NCBI GenBank assembly: GCA_950097015.1
Contig: CATNEN010000002.1
Coordinates: forward strand, 8,184,001-8,248,000
Source of the DNA: Macrostomum hystrix
Taxonomy: Eukaryota > Animalia > Platyhelminthes
Direction of reading: 5' to 3'
DNA: 64,000 nucleotides
Of this stretch, positions 47,600 through 60,427 are shown one piece after another (the first letter of the stretch is position 1; each line of letters opens with the position of its first letter). The translations under genes and the position numbers were made by a program. Below the pieces are notes generated by a model, which saw only the letters and a program-made list of their open reading frames with translations, was not told the DNA's origin and ran no database searches.

Positions 47600-49275
47600 G
47601 ATAAAATCTCCCAATCTAAGTATCTTATTTCCCATCAAAGTATCTAAAATCCCATCTAGTATCTTAAATCCCATCAAAGTATCTTAAATCCCATCAAAGT
47701 ATCTTAAATCCCAACTAGTATCTTAAATCCCATCAAAGTATCTTAAATCTCATTTAAGTGTCTAAAATCCCATCTAAGTTGTCTGATATCCCAATTAAGT
47801 ATCTAAAAAGGCATTGAGGGTCGATAATCCCATCAATAAGACGTGACAGCAGATTCGCAAATCCCATCTAAGTATATAAAATCCCATCTTGTTATCTTAA
47901 ATCCCATCTAAAGTATCTTTAATCCCATATTAAGTATCTTAAATCCCATCTAGTATCTTCAATCCCATCTAGTATCTTAAATCCCATCTAAAGTATCTTT
48001 AATCCCATCTAAAGTATCTTTAATCCCATATTAAGTATCTTAATTCCCATCTAGTATCTTAAATCCCATCTAGTATCTTAAATCCCATCTAAGTGTCTTA
48101 AATCCCATTTAAGTATCTAAAATCCCATCTAAGTTGTCTAAAATCCCTATTAAGTATCTTAAAAGGCATTGAGGGTCGATAATCCCATCAATAAGACGTG
48201 ACAGCAGATGCGCAAATCCCATCTAAGTATATAAAATCCCATCTTGTTATCTTAAATCCCATCGAAAGTATCTTTAATTCTGACGTGCCGGGGTTTGAGC
48301 CGTGAATGAACCGCGACAGCCGCAGTCAGCCACGAAGTTGCTCCGAGACCCGCCGACTTGCCTGAAGCGCGACATGAAAACATGCCTGCGTCCTTGACCC
48401 AGGCAAGCGCGCCAGGGGAGACCGCAGATCCGCCGCCAGCGGCCAGTGGCAGAGTGCCGTCACCGGCCGCGACTCCCCAGAGACCGAGCTACAACCTCCG
48501 TGCGAATCGGGGCGTGCCGCCCGAGCGGTTCGAAGGGGGGAGATGACGTGCCGGGGTTTGAGCCGTGAATGAACCGTGAACTGTGTTAAGCAAGTGAACT
48601 GTGGTAGATCTGCAGGCCTGCGCGCCAACCGCACTCTGACCCAATGTACGCAGCCTGAATATTGATTATTGATGTACTCAACACCTGTTGACTTTTAAGC
48701 CTTGTTGACTCGTCTACTTATATATATATGCAAGTGTATCGTGAAACATCGTGACTAATAAACTAAATTCGCTACTAACCCAAACCAAGCCTACGGGCAG
48801 TCTTGCCTTATACTCCTGAGCACGGCTTGACAAATTCCATACTACGTATCTTAATTCCCATCTAGTATCTTCAATCCCATCTAGTATCTTAAATCCCATC
48901 TAAGTATCTTCAATCCCATCTAGTATCTTAAATCCCATCAAAGTATCTAAAATCCCATCTAAGTATCTTAAATCCCATCTAGTATCTTAAATCCCATCTA
49001 GTATCTTAAATCCCATCTAAGTATCTTAAATCCCATCTAAGTATCTAAAATCCTATCTAGTATCTTAAATCCCATCTAAGTATCTTAAATCCCATCTAAG
49101 TATCTAAAATCCCATCTAGTATCTTAAATCCCATCTAAGTATCTTAAATCCCATCAAAGTATCTTAAATCCCATCTAGTATCTTAAATCCCATCTAGTAT
49201 CTTAAATCCCATCTAAGTATCTTAAATCCCATCTAAGTATCTAAAATCCTATCTAAGTTGTCTAAAATCCCAATT
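47600..49275. repeat. 19-20-bp satellite (AAATCCCATCTAAGTATCTT) with higher-order blocks
   Basis: Direct reading; a 60-bp non-satellite piece recurs near 47806, 48161 and 49286. Confidence 0.95.
48281..48832 (+). mobile_element. Internally deleted LTR retrotransposon: 33-nt LTR stub + pol tail + PPT + 289-bp LTR
   Basis: TSD AATTC (48276-48280 and 48833-48837); YNLRANRGVPPERF integrase-tail motif; PPT GAAGGGGGGAGA at 48532-48543; LTR TG...CA at 48544-48832. Confidence 0.8.
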
Positions 49276-49356
49276 AAGTATCTAAAAAGGCATTGAGGGT
49301 CGATAATCCCATCAATAAGACGTGACAGCAGATGCGCAAATCCTATCCCTTGTCAG

Positions 49357-49553
49357 CAACACCTACGAGCGCATCCAGAGCTCCTCCCTGCAGTACTGGA
49401 CCCTGCAGCGCTACCTCATCACTCGCGACTTCACCGAGCGCAGCGTCGCCCCGCCTCCGCTGTCGATCTTCTGGAACCTCGCCATCCTGCTGTACACTGT
49501 CTGCAAGGGTCGGCGGATGGCTTTCGAGACTGATCCTGTCATGTCCAAGATCA
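49357..49553 (+). CDS. TRPM-family channel TRP-domain exon (isolated)
   Basis: SNTYERIQSSSLQYWTLQRYLITRDFTERSVAPPPLSIF matches the TRPM W-x-x-QRY...PPP TRP box; bounded by AG and GTGAGA. Confidence 0.75.
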
Positions 49554-49759
49554 GTGAGACTCGATTGAGCATTGGCAACTGTCGCAGCCTTTCACAAAAT
49601 CCTAGCTAATAGTTCAAATTTCTCCCCTTGCCTTTCAATCCCGTTTCAGCCTTCCGAGGATTTTTGCGTAAGAGATTTTGCTCTAATCTATTTTTTATAA
49701 ATAATAACACTCGCGCATCAAAGTTGAGACTCATTTAGTTTTCCCTTATCTGCATGTCA

Positions 49760-50186
49760 ATCATCCAACTGTCATTATTATACCTGTCACTTATCTACCT
49801 GTCACTCATCTACCTGTCACTCATCTACCTGTCACTTATCTACCTGTCACTCATCTACCTGTCACTCATCTACCTGTCACTCATCTATCTGTCACTTATC
49901 TACCTGTCACTTATCTACCTGTCACTCATCTACATGTCTACCTGTCACTCATCTACATGTCTACCTGTCACTTATCTACCTGTCACTTATCTACCTGTCA
50001 CTCATCTACCTGTCACTTATCTACCTGTCACTCATCTACCTGTCACTCATCTACCTGTCACTCATCTATCTGTCACTTATCTACCTGTCACTTATCTACC
50101 TGTCACTCATCTACATGTCTACCTGTCACTCATCTACATGTCTACCTGTCACTCATCTACATGTCTACCTGTCACTTATCTACCTG
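49760..50186. repeat. 15-bp minisatellite (TCATCTACCTGTCAC)n
   Basis: Direct reading. Confidence 0.95.
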
Positions 50187-50803
50187 TGATTCCAGGCGGA
50201 ATATCCCGCGACGGCGCGCGAACTGGCCGACGGAGGGAGATAGGATTGGGTCCACCGCCCGAGACACCCAGGTCCCAGCCCAACCCTGCCTAGGCCTAAC
50301 AAGTCTGGTTGGTTCCGCGAGAGTTCGCAGAACCAACCACCCTGGGACTAGCGAAAGTTCACTCAGTCTTCCCACCGGCCCAACGCAGCACTCCCGGAAG
50401 AAAGAAGACACGAACTCACCTATGCTTTCTCACTCAAGCTGATAGCGGAACGGCGTGCATTGGCGGTGCGTGAATATTAAACAAGACCCGGACTGGCAGA
50501 TAGATAACACAAGCGCGCGGATTTGCAGATAGAAAAACAAGCTTATATACTTACGGTACAGGGGTAGAGAAGGGAGACAGAGAAACGATCCGCAAAGCCT
50601 GGGGCCACAGGACTTACCGGCCCCCAGCCAATGCGAATGGTCCAGGCGGGGGAGGGGTGGAGAGGTGGGGTGGCGGGGCTTGCGCAACGCTTTGGCATGG
50701 GCAGGTGGGCGCAGAGCACAGAGAGGGGCTCGGCCAGGGTTGAGGCGTAAGCCTCTTACAAACCCTGACCTAGGCAGGCACGGGCGCAGGAAGGGGTGGG
50801 GCA

Positions 50804-51040
50804 GACTGGGCTGTGACTGGATTGTGACTGGGCTGTGACTGGGCTGTGACTGGGCTGTGACTGGGCTGTGACTGGGCTGTGACTGGGCTGTGACTGGGCT
50901 GTGACTGGGCTGTGACTGGGCTGTGACTGGGCTGTGACTGGGCTGTGACTGGGCTGTGACTGGGCTGTGACTGGGCTGTGACTGGATTGTGACTGGGCTG
51001 TGACTGGGCTGTGACTGGGCTGTGACTGGGCTGTGACTTG
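50804..51040. repeat. 11-bp minisatellite (CTGGGCTGTGA)n
   Basis: Direct reading. Confidence 0.95.
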
Positions 51041-51779
51041 GTTATAGCTCGTAGATTTAAATCGCTAAAACCATAATATAAGAAAGCATATTATTTTTCG
51101 TGAATAATTTTAAGCATTCGAAAACAACTTATAAGCCAGAATATCACTTCTAAATATTTGGCAAACTAATAACGCAGCATCTGCTTGTTTTATTCGTCAC
51201 AAAATGTTTATTGAAGTAAATGTTGTCCAGTCAGTTTCTTGAGAATTACGAGTTATAGCTGTATTTCCTCGCTAGTTTTAGTGTTAACAAAATACTTGTT
51301 CTTTTTTGCCTCTAACGATCCCTACTTATTGCATGAGTGAACTGATGAAAAAAAGCATGCTAATTTATTTGATAAAATAATTTTTTATCTCCATTTAACA
51401 TTCTTGGTGTCACTGACGTACCGCATCGGAATATTATTGTGTCGAAAAATCCGAAATATATTGCAAAAGTTTTCATTTTCCGCATTTTTATACTCATGAG
51501 TAGTCGGTAGTGCATTTTTTTCAATACAAAAACGCAAGTTAAAATTATAAAAAAAATAGCAGATATTACATACAAAGAGATGCCGAAATTCTTAATACGA
51601 GACTTAGCGCAATCAATTAAATAACTTGAGAAATGGTGACTTCAGAGTGTCGAAAATTATGTCAAAATGTCATAAAATATGTCAATGTCTCAAAACATAT
51701 GCCAAAGTGTCAAACAATGATGTCAATGTGTCAAAAAAAATCAGAGTGTAAAAAAGTGTATGAACTGTCCAAAACATCA

Positions 51780-52860
51780 TGTCTCAAAATGGATGTCAGA
51801 GTGTCAAAAAGTATTTCAGAGTATCAAATGGGTGTCAGAGTGTCAACTGATGTCAGAGTGTTAAAATGGGTGTCAGAGTATCAAATGGGTGTCAGAGTGT
51901 CAAAATGGGTGTCAGTGTCACAATGGGTGTCAGAGTGTCACAATGGGTGTCAGAGTGTCAAAATGGGTGTCAGTGTCAAAATGGGTGTCAGAGTGTCACA
52001 ATGGGTGTCAGTGTCACAATGGGTGTCAGAGTGTCACAATGGGTGTCAGAGTGTCACAATGGGTGTCAGAGTGTTAAAATGGGGTGTCAGAGTGTCACAA
52101 TTTGTGTCAGTGTTAAAATGGGTGTCAGAGTGTCACAATTGGTGTCAGAGTGTCACAATTGGTGTCAGAGTGTCAAAAAGGATTTCAGAGTATCAAATGG
52201 GTGTCAGAGTGTCACAATTGGTGTCAGAGTGTCACAATGGGTGTCAGAGTGTCACAATGGGTGTCAGAGTGTCACAATTGGTATCAGAGTGTTAAAATGG
52301 ATGTCAGAGTGTCACAATGGGTGTCAGAGTGTCAAAAAGGATTTCAGAGTATCAAATGGGTGTCAGAGTGTCACAATTGGTGTCAGAGTGTTAAAATGGG
52401 TGTCAGAGTGTCACAATTGGTGTCAGAGTGTCACAATGGGTGTCAGAGTGTCACAATGGGTGTCAGAGTATCAAATGGGTGTCAGAGTGTCACAATTGGT
52501 GTCAGAGTGTCACAATGGGTGTCAGAGTGTCACAATTGGTGTCAGAGTGTCACAATGGGTGTCAGAGTATCACAATGGGTGTCAGAGTGTCAAAATGGGT
52601 GTCAGAGTGTCAAAATGGGTGTCAGAGTGTCAAAATGGGTGTCAGAGTGTCACAATGGGTGTCCGAGTGTCACAATGGGTGTCAGAGTGTCACAATGGGT
52701 GTCAGAGTGTCACAATGGGTGTCAGAGTGTCAAAATGGGTGTCAGAGTGTCAAAATGGGTGTCCAAGTGTCACAATGGGTGTCAGAGTGTCAAAATGGGT
52801 GTCAGAGTGTCACAATGGGTGTCAGAGTGTCAAAATGGGTGTCAAAGTGTCAAAAAGGCT
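51780..52860. repeat. 20-bp minisatellite (GTGTCACAATGGGTGTCAGA)n
   Basis: Direct reading. Confidence 0.95.
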
Positions 52861-53519
52861 TATTTTAAGAGTGTCAAAATAATGTCAAAGTGTCAAACAA
52901 GATATCGAAAAGGTGTCAAAGGGGCAATACCAGATAAGGCAAGATTGGCCGAAATATGTTATCAGTTGTGTCAAAGCTGGCAGTGTTTAGCGATGAGTAA
53001 GCGATGGCACACGCGAGTCTATTTTGAGATCGTGCTGAGCAGTGAGTCGCCATTGACCCGAGTCAATCGATATCGAATTGTCAGCCAATTGAATGCAGAG
53101 AAACTGAGATTGACTTTCAAGACGGTTTGAAAGCAAAAGTGGAAAGTCTGAGCGCATTGTCGCTGAAGTGAAGCGCAGCGAGATCACGGAGGGTCACGTG
53201 CTCGAGACTTCACTCGCCACGTGGCCAACCAGGTCTGCCGCCTTCGCCGCCGCAGCTTCCTCATCTTTGCCGAGGCCTGTCAAGCGAACCTTCTGGGCTG
53301 TCGAGCAGCGGACTTAAATTGCGGCAATATGTCTATGAAATACTGATTATTGGCACCCCATCGCTTTGATTCTGAGATAATATGTCTTGACTTATTCGCG
53401 ATAAGAAAGTCAATTAAAAATTCTTATCTTTCATTCGTCTTCGACAAAACTTTGCCGGCAAAATCTTGTTTGCACAATTAGCGTTTTGTTTCATCAGTTC
53501 GCCGAATTTTAATCGAATT

Positions 53520-53965
53520 TCTAAAGATCGTCGTAAACTTTCTTTAGATCGTAGACTTTCTTTAGATTGTTAAATTTCCTTAGATCGTTAACTTTCTTTA
53601 GATCGCTACCTTTCTTTAGATCGTTAAGTTTCTTTAGATTGTAGACTTTCTTTAGATCGTTAAATTTCCTCAGATCGTTAACTTTCTTAAGATCGCTAAC
53701 TTTCTTTAGATCGTTAACTTTCTTTAGATCGTTAAGTTTCTTTAGATCGTTAACTTTCTTTAGATCGCTAACTTTCCTTAGATCGTTAACTTTCTTTAGA
53801 TCGTTAAGTTTCTTTAGATCGTTAACTTTCTTTAGATCGCTAACTTTCCTTAGATCGTTAACTTTCTTTAGATCGTTAACTTTCCTTAGATCGTTAACTT
53901 TCTTTTGATCGTTAACTTTCTTTAGATCGTTTATTTTCCTTAGATCACAAACTTTCCTTAGACCG
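53520..53965. repeat. 18-bp minisatellite (TTTCTTTAGATCGTTAAC)n
   Basis: Direct reading. Confidence 0.93.
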
Positions 53966-54000
53966 TTAATTTTTTGTTCGCCGAATTACTTTAAATCGTT

Positions 54001-54165
54001 AATAATAATAATAATAACAATTGCAAGAGGGCTCCAGGCAGTGGCACATCATTTGGTGACACCAGACCTGCAGCCAGCGAGGAGGCAATTCTGCCCATTT
54101 CGCTGACTCCTGAGCACACACGCACACAGATACTGTACGCAAGCATACGCTCACGCAGGTATGTA
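54001..54165 (-). mobile_element. 5'-truncated copy of the 47.1-47.5 kb SINE
   Basis: Shared GGCACATCATTT...GCAGCCAGCGAGGAGGC...CTGAGCACACACGCACACAGAT and (AAT)n. Confidence 0.8.
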
Positions 54166-54824
54166 CTTTAAATCGTTACTTTTTTATATTCTTAGACTTT
54201 TTGTTAGCTCTAATAGCTCTAATAGTTTCATCCCTAAATCAATTTATCGATTTGCCTATCTTGTCCGCCTGCTTTTCCAGCCGCTCTGACTCATGAAATT
54301 CGCATTCTTTGGAAAAAGATTTTTCCCCATTCAGTGAAGGAGTCTTGGCTGCGCTTCTGTCACTGTATGCGATTCCCAGCTTACTGGGGTCAGAGCCTCA
54401 CCCGCGGGCGGGTGAAACACCAAGTGTTTAATCTTACAATTGATGCGGCCATTGCTGGGATTCAAATCGAATCCTGAGCTCCACCCCCCCCCCCAGTTTA
54501 GCGGGCCGCTTTGGTCGAGGCCAGTCGAATCGCCATAAAAATTTACAACTCGGTAAACAAGACAAGATGGATGGCCCGCCAACCCGGCCTTGCCTGAGCC
54601 CCACCAACTCGTAATTCAAGTCAAATTGGCGATTATGCAAATCCTCATCAACTCTTTGAGCTGCTGCTGCTGCTGCTGCTAGTTCCAGCCGCTTTCTCCC
54701 TGCTGGTCAGTTTTTCCGATTCCCTGTCAGTTCAGGCGTTAAACTGCTTAATGAGACGAGTGCAGGCCAGGAATCTAATTGACACTGACAAACTTGCCAG
54801 CATGACAATGCCAAGATCCCATAC

Positions 54825-56289
54825 CCTGTGTGCATTGCGGGCGTTCAGGTCCCGCCATAATCGACATTGACAGTCCAGTTCTGACACTCGCTCATGTCGC
54901 TTTGGACAACTGTTTTGAGCAGTAGATTAGGCTGGTATAATTACCCCGCTGTAAGAATGTGCAACACCTGCTGCCTTATGTTTCTCTGAAGCAGTTCGCT
55001 AGCTGAGGGTGAAAGTATAACATCAGAAAGTCGCGAAGTATTTTATTTGATGGTCGGAGCGGCACAAGCTTTTATGCCCTCTGGTTTTGGCACAGCGCAG
55101 GCTCGCTATCATAAAACTGAGCTGTCTGCTAGCCCAATTCCTGCTCAAACTGACTGTGGTCAGCTGGCTGCTGTACGCTTGACTTCACCCTGACGGGTGG
55201 CTGCTGTTCTGAGCGCTTGGGGCTGGCCACTCACTCCCCTTATGTTAATTTAAATAGAGAGATCTCGGTCTCATAATATACTGGCTGCTTCACTCGTAGG
55301 AATGCCTTTAATTAGCAATTATTGCAGTCCATATTTTTATGATGCACTCACTTAGTTTTGAAACCTGCAACACGGCACATTCTCCAGCTCACGTGTTATT
55401 GTTGGCGGAGTTGTTGAGACAATCAGCGGCAAGTTCTTCGTTCAGGAAGTCTGGCTGAACTCTCACCGGAGCTCGCAAGGCTCGAAGAATTCTGACTGCG
55501 CAATCGACACGGGCGGAAGTGGCGGCCTGGGTGAAGGGACAGTGGGAGAGGAAGGGGGAGTGGGAGAGGAAGGGGGAGTGGGAGAGGAAGGGAGAGTGGG
55601 AGAGGAAGGGAGAGTGGTAGAGGAAGGGAGAGTGGTAGAGGAAGGGAGAGTGGGAGAGGAAGGGGGAGTGGGAGAGGAAGGGGGAGTGGGAGAGGAAGGG
55701 GGAGTGGGAGAGGAAGGGGGAGTGGGAGAGGAAGGAAGAGTGGGAGAGGAAGGGACAGTGGGAGAGGAAGGGGGAGTGGGAGAGGAAGGGGGAGTGGGAG
55801 AGGAAGGGAGAGTGGGAGAGGAAGGGAGAGTGGGAGAGGAAGGGAGAGTGGGAGAGGAAGGGGGAGTGGGAGAGGAAGGGAGAGTGGGAGAGGAAGGGAG
55901 AGTGGGAGAGGAAGGCAGAGATGAATGGAGAGTGGAAGAGGAACACGGTAGATGAGAACGGAATGGGAGAGGAAGGAGACAGGCATATAGGAAAGCGGCA
56001 CCATTGATCTAAATCCAAGCAGATTCTCAGCAGATTCAGAAAGCAATTTGCATTGATTGTGCTCATAATTGTAGCCAGTAAATTATGCCATAGCGCGGGT
56101 ATGAATTGGAGAAGTTGCAAGCGTTCTGTAATAAAACTGCGCAGAGAATTTGAGAAGATGTGAGCAGAGCCGGCAGTTCGGTAGACTTCTCACACCATCA
56201 GCAGTTGCGTGTGTGTTGGGGAGCCTCAGAACTCACCCACACTGCGGTGCCAAGGTGTAGGAAGTGCAGCGCACGGAAATGAGTCCCGC
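54825..56289 (-). CDS. Unknown protein, three candidate internal exons: 56237-56289, 55393-55526, 54825-54909
   Basis: Each is bounded by CAG and GT (GTGAGT, GTGAGC, GTATGG), and the phases chain 1-0, 0-2, 2-0 without stops. No family was recognised. Confidence 0.4.
55540..55915. repeat. 18-bp purine-rich minisatellite (GTGGGAGAGGAAGGGGGA)n
   Basis: Direct reading. Confidence 0.95.
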
Positions 56290-56861
56290 CTGTAGATCCT
56301 AACTGTAGCGATGCGAACATGAAAAAATGAGCAATTTAATTTTTGCATTCAGCTGGTTGAGGGAACTCTGCCGCGATGAGTTCATTGGACTGGGGGTGGA
56401 GCACCTGATAATAAAACAACTTGTTTTACTCGCTCAGACATAAGTTACTCGAGCAAGAGGGCGGACCCTGGTGTGTCACGGTGACTTAATTAGGCCAAAC
56501 GAGAGATGAGCAGGGGGTGAGAATGTAGCGGATCGTGTCTGCAGCCTGCAGCCTGAGGACACTTCGCCCGCCTTGTTGCGAGACACCGTCGAAGCGTTGA
56601 GAATTTCAATGGAAGTCCGTTGATCTGATGTTTTGTGCTGTTCATCCGTTGTCCAGGTGATTTTTACAATCCGACTGCGACTTCTCGGCTCGAGACATTT
56701 CCGGTGTTGGGCTTTGTTAATTTGCATTGGGACGAGAGAATAACAAATAGTTACATGCGCGATTTTCAACATTAATTTCTGCTTGTTGGCTGGAATAACG
56801 CAATCATAAAAAACACGGAAAACTATTTAAACTAACGGTGAAATAAACTCATCCCCACGGC

Positions 56862-57510
56862 TGATCTCAAATCCCATATTCTGATCTCAAATCCCATATT
56901 CTGATCTCAAATCCCATATTCTGATCTCAAATCCCATATTCTGATCTCAAATCCCATATTCTGATCTCAAATCCCATATTCTGATCTCAAATCCCATATT
57001 CTGATCTCAAATCCTAGTTTCTGAGCTCAAATCCCATATTTTGATCTCAAATCCCATATTTCGCACTCAAATCCCATATTTTGATCTCAAATCCCATATT
57101 TTGATCTCAAATCCTAGTTTCTAAACTCAAATCCCATATTTTGATCTCAAATCCCATATTTCGCACTCAAATCCCATATTTTGATCTCAAATCCCATATT
57201 TTGATCTCAAATCCTGGTTTCTAAACTCAAATCCCATATTTTTATCTCAAATCCCATATTTCGCACTCAAATCCCATATTTTGATCCCAAATCCCATATT
57301 ATGATCTCAAATCCCATATTTTGATCTCAAATCCCATATTTTTATCTCAAATCCCATATTTTGATCTCAAATCCGATATTTTGATATCAAATCCCATATT
57401 TTGATCTCAAATCCCATATTTTGATCTCAAATCCCATATTCTGATCTCAAATCCCATATTCTGATCTCAAATCCCAGTTTCTGATCTCAAATCCCATATT
57501 CTGCTCTTAA
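56862..57510. repeat. 20-bp minisatellite (ATCTCAAATCCCATATTYTG)n
   Basis: Direct reading. Confidence 0.95.
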
Positions 57511-58304
57511 ATCCTGCTAGAAGCTATTTTAGTCGGGCAGTTGCTCCAACTGACAAATTTGAGCATGTTTAGCATGTTTATGCTTAGCCTAAGTGAGCAG
57601 CCCTGGCTTCATCCATCATCTCAGCCGAGAGTTGGGCCACCTTAATTTCTTGTATCGAAACTTTCTCGGCTTGGCGGCTAAACACCACCGCGTCTAATCC
57701 CTGATCCGGTTCAACTGGCTCTGGCTGACATGCTGTGAGTGAATGAGGGATTTCGGCTGCTGCTGCTGCTGAACAATCCACGGATTGCGTGTGTGAGGGA
57801 GCAGAGCGCAGTGTTTGTATGATTCCTGCCGATAAAAAAGACAGCGAGATAAGAAGAGGAGTAGGCCGCTGTCAGTAGGCCGCCGCGGCTCCATAATAGA
57901 CCGACTTGTGTTCGGGAAGAAATCCTTTATCGCCTATCGACTGGCGCGGCTGTTGTTGCTAGGGCCGAAATTTGGCGCCCTTTCGGTTTTCCAGCCGATA
58001 ATGCGCCAGTCACAAATCACGAACTGTTTAGCACCAGCGGGCAGATTTGGCCTTGCGACCTGTTGGCAATATTTATATTCTGGGAATCGAGACACCCAAT
58101 AAATCCCATGAACAAACTGCGTGGGATTAAACATATAGGACAAGTTTATAGGATCTGATGAGACTATTGCTAATAAAATCCCATTTTCTGATCCCGAATC
58201 CCATGTTCAGATCTGAAATCCCATCTTATGATTTCATAAATTCTTATTAATCCCACCAGTTGACAGAAGCATCCCTTCGTATAGAAAGTACAATTTGAGC
58301 ATGT

Positions 58305-58370
58305 ACATTGTAGGTTAGTGTCTAGAGCTTCGGAACTTCGAACGAGAGGTCGGGAGTTCTAACCTCAGGC
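58305..58370 (+). mobile_element. Degenerate tRNA-like SINE head
   Basis: Decayed A box (TAGGTTAGTGTCTAGAGC) and B box (GGGAGTTCTAACCT) at tRNA-like spacing. Confidence 0.35.
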
Positions 58371-58910
58371 GAAGATAAAAAACTTTTTTAATTCAGCATG
58401 ATTCTGATCTCCCTAGAAGTTCAGCTTTAGAAATTTTAGCCCCCCCCTCCGGAGGGAGCACAAGGAGAATTTCCCCAGTTCCCAGTCCGCAGACTCAACA
58501 GCTAAACAGCTGCAGTTTGAGAGCCTAGTAGAGAACAGCTAATTGAACACATTCAGGTTGGTAGGCTAACAATGCGGGCACACTCGAGCTTTCCTGGATT
58601 CCGTCCCCAGTTCGGATCTGAAATCCACCCTGGCTATTTCCCAAACTGTCTGCAATTCGAGGATGTGCGTAGAACTCTGGTTATTCCGCTACGGCTTGGA
58701 AGCCCTCTCATTGGCTGGCTGGAGCGCCCACCCCGCCTCCCCCGGAGATGCCGCAGCGCGAGCCCCCCCTGCCCCGCCCCCAGGGCGCCCCCGGTGGGCG
58801 CCTCCTCTTCGCGCAGTTTTTAAACATCCGCCGGCCCGTTTAAGAGGCGAAAATTTCGGGTGAAACGCAAAGCCGCTCTTGAGCTTTTCCTGAGAACTCA
58901 ATCTGAGCAA

Positions 58911-60394
58911 ATGAAATCTGAGGACATCGACTCGCCCGTGTCGGCGCCAGAGGCCAAGAAGCAGCTGTCAGCCAGGGCTTCAGCGTTCTCCATCGACTCG
59001 CTGATGACAAGCCGAGCGCTGCCGCTGCCGCCGCTCGCCCAGCTTCAAGTCGGCTCGCTTCTGCCGCTGTTTCCTCCGCCGCTTCCTCAGCAGCTGCAGC
59101 GGCGCAAAGCCCTGCAGCCCAAGCGGAAGCGGAGATGCTCGTCAGACTCGCTGGCCGACGAGGAGTTCGTCGAGGAGGAGCGCTGCAACGACGAGATAGA
59201 CGTTGATGACGACGAGACCACCTTGGGCGAGGTGGCCGAATCCGATGCCGACATTGGCTGCGACCAGGAGGACACGGATAGCGGAGAGTTCGGTGAGCTT
59301 TGGGATTCCGCCAGAGAGGGGCGGAAAGGGAGCGGAAAGGGAGCGGAAAGGAGGAGTAGATAGTACGAAGGTGGCGGATAGGGTGCGGATGTGGCCGAAA
59401 GGTGGCGGATAAGGGCGGATAGGGGCGGATAGAGGGAATTAAAAAATGGCGAGAAGTTGGAGTTGCCATGCTGCTGTCTAAGTGGGCAGGGTCCATCTCT
59501 GACACTGTCTGCTTCAGACTCGTCATCGGGCTCAGTTCTGCCCATTCCGCTGGCCGCTGGCACGCCAACGAAGCCGCAGATCGGCCGTCCAGTGGGGCCG
59601 AGGGTTGTCTCGGCTGCCGCGGTCAAGCGCCAACGCATCGGCAGCCCCGAGCGCCAGCATCAGCTGCAGCAGTCAGGACGGCGCAGACAGCAGCCGCAGC
59701 AGAATCAGCAGGTCCAGCAGCAGCAGCAGCAGCAGCCTGGAGACAGTGAAAGACTGGCCGGAGTTCAGTGCCGACTAGACAACAAGGAGTTGTGGGACCA
59801 GTTCAACGATCTCGGCACCGAGATGATCATTACAAAGTCTGGCAGGTGAGACTTCGGCAAGGTGTAATGCCTGCAGTGTTTTCAATCATTCCGAGGAAAT
59901 TGCCTTAAGTGTCTCAAGGGCTGTTATGCAAATATTGTTTAGTTTTTAGTGAAGCACTATTTACACCAGTCTCCCTCAAGTGCTCATAAAAATTCTGGCT
60001 TGGGTGTGTGTTGCCACAGATCCATGCAGGCATGAAAAATAAAACAAATCTTTCCTAACAATGGGTGATTATTCTACTGTTTTCAAGGTAGTGTAGCGAA
60101 CAACTTTAATCGATTCTCTCCTGCCTGGAAACAAAACTGTAATTTGATTTTTAAAAACTCCTCAGCAACATGGGGCGAGTGCGCACGGTTCGTGAGGGTG
60201 GGGGGAAGATTTTCCCTGAATGCAGTGTGGGATCATGGCTACAGCGGCAGATCGCAAAAGCGGGGCCGATTTCGAATCCGCAGTTGCAGCTGCCGGCTGA
60301 GTTTCCATGGGCCAAGTGTGTCGCGAAGTTTACTGTGATTTGGGATTTCAAGAACAAATAAGAGATGTTGGGCAGGTATAGACACCGCTACCTG

Positions 60395-60427
<33 letters not shown>

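Noticed and set aside
50186-50803. Solo LTR
   Set aside because: TG/CA ends can be chosen, but the flanks (TACC vs GACT) give no TSD.
55540-55915. G-quadruplex or telomere-related function of the purine-rich array
   Set aside because: It is not a telomeric repeat, and nothing beyond G-richness supports a function.
60379-60426. Poly-Cys ORF in Tbx20 intron 2
   Set aside because: It is a (TGC)n microsatellite with no supporting exon structure.
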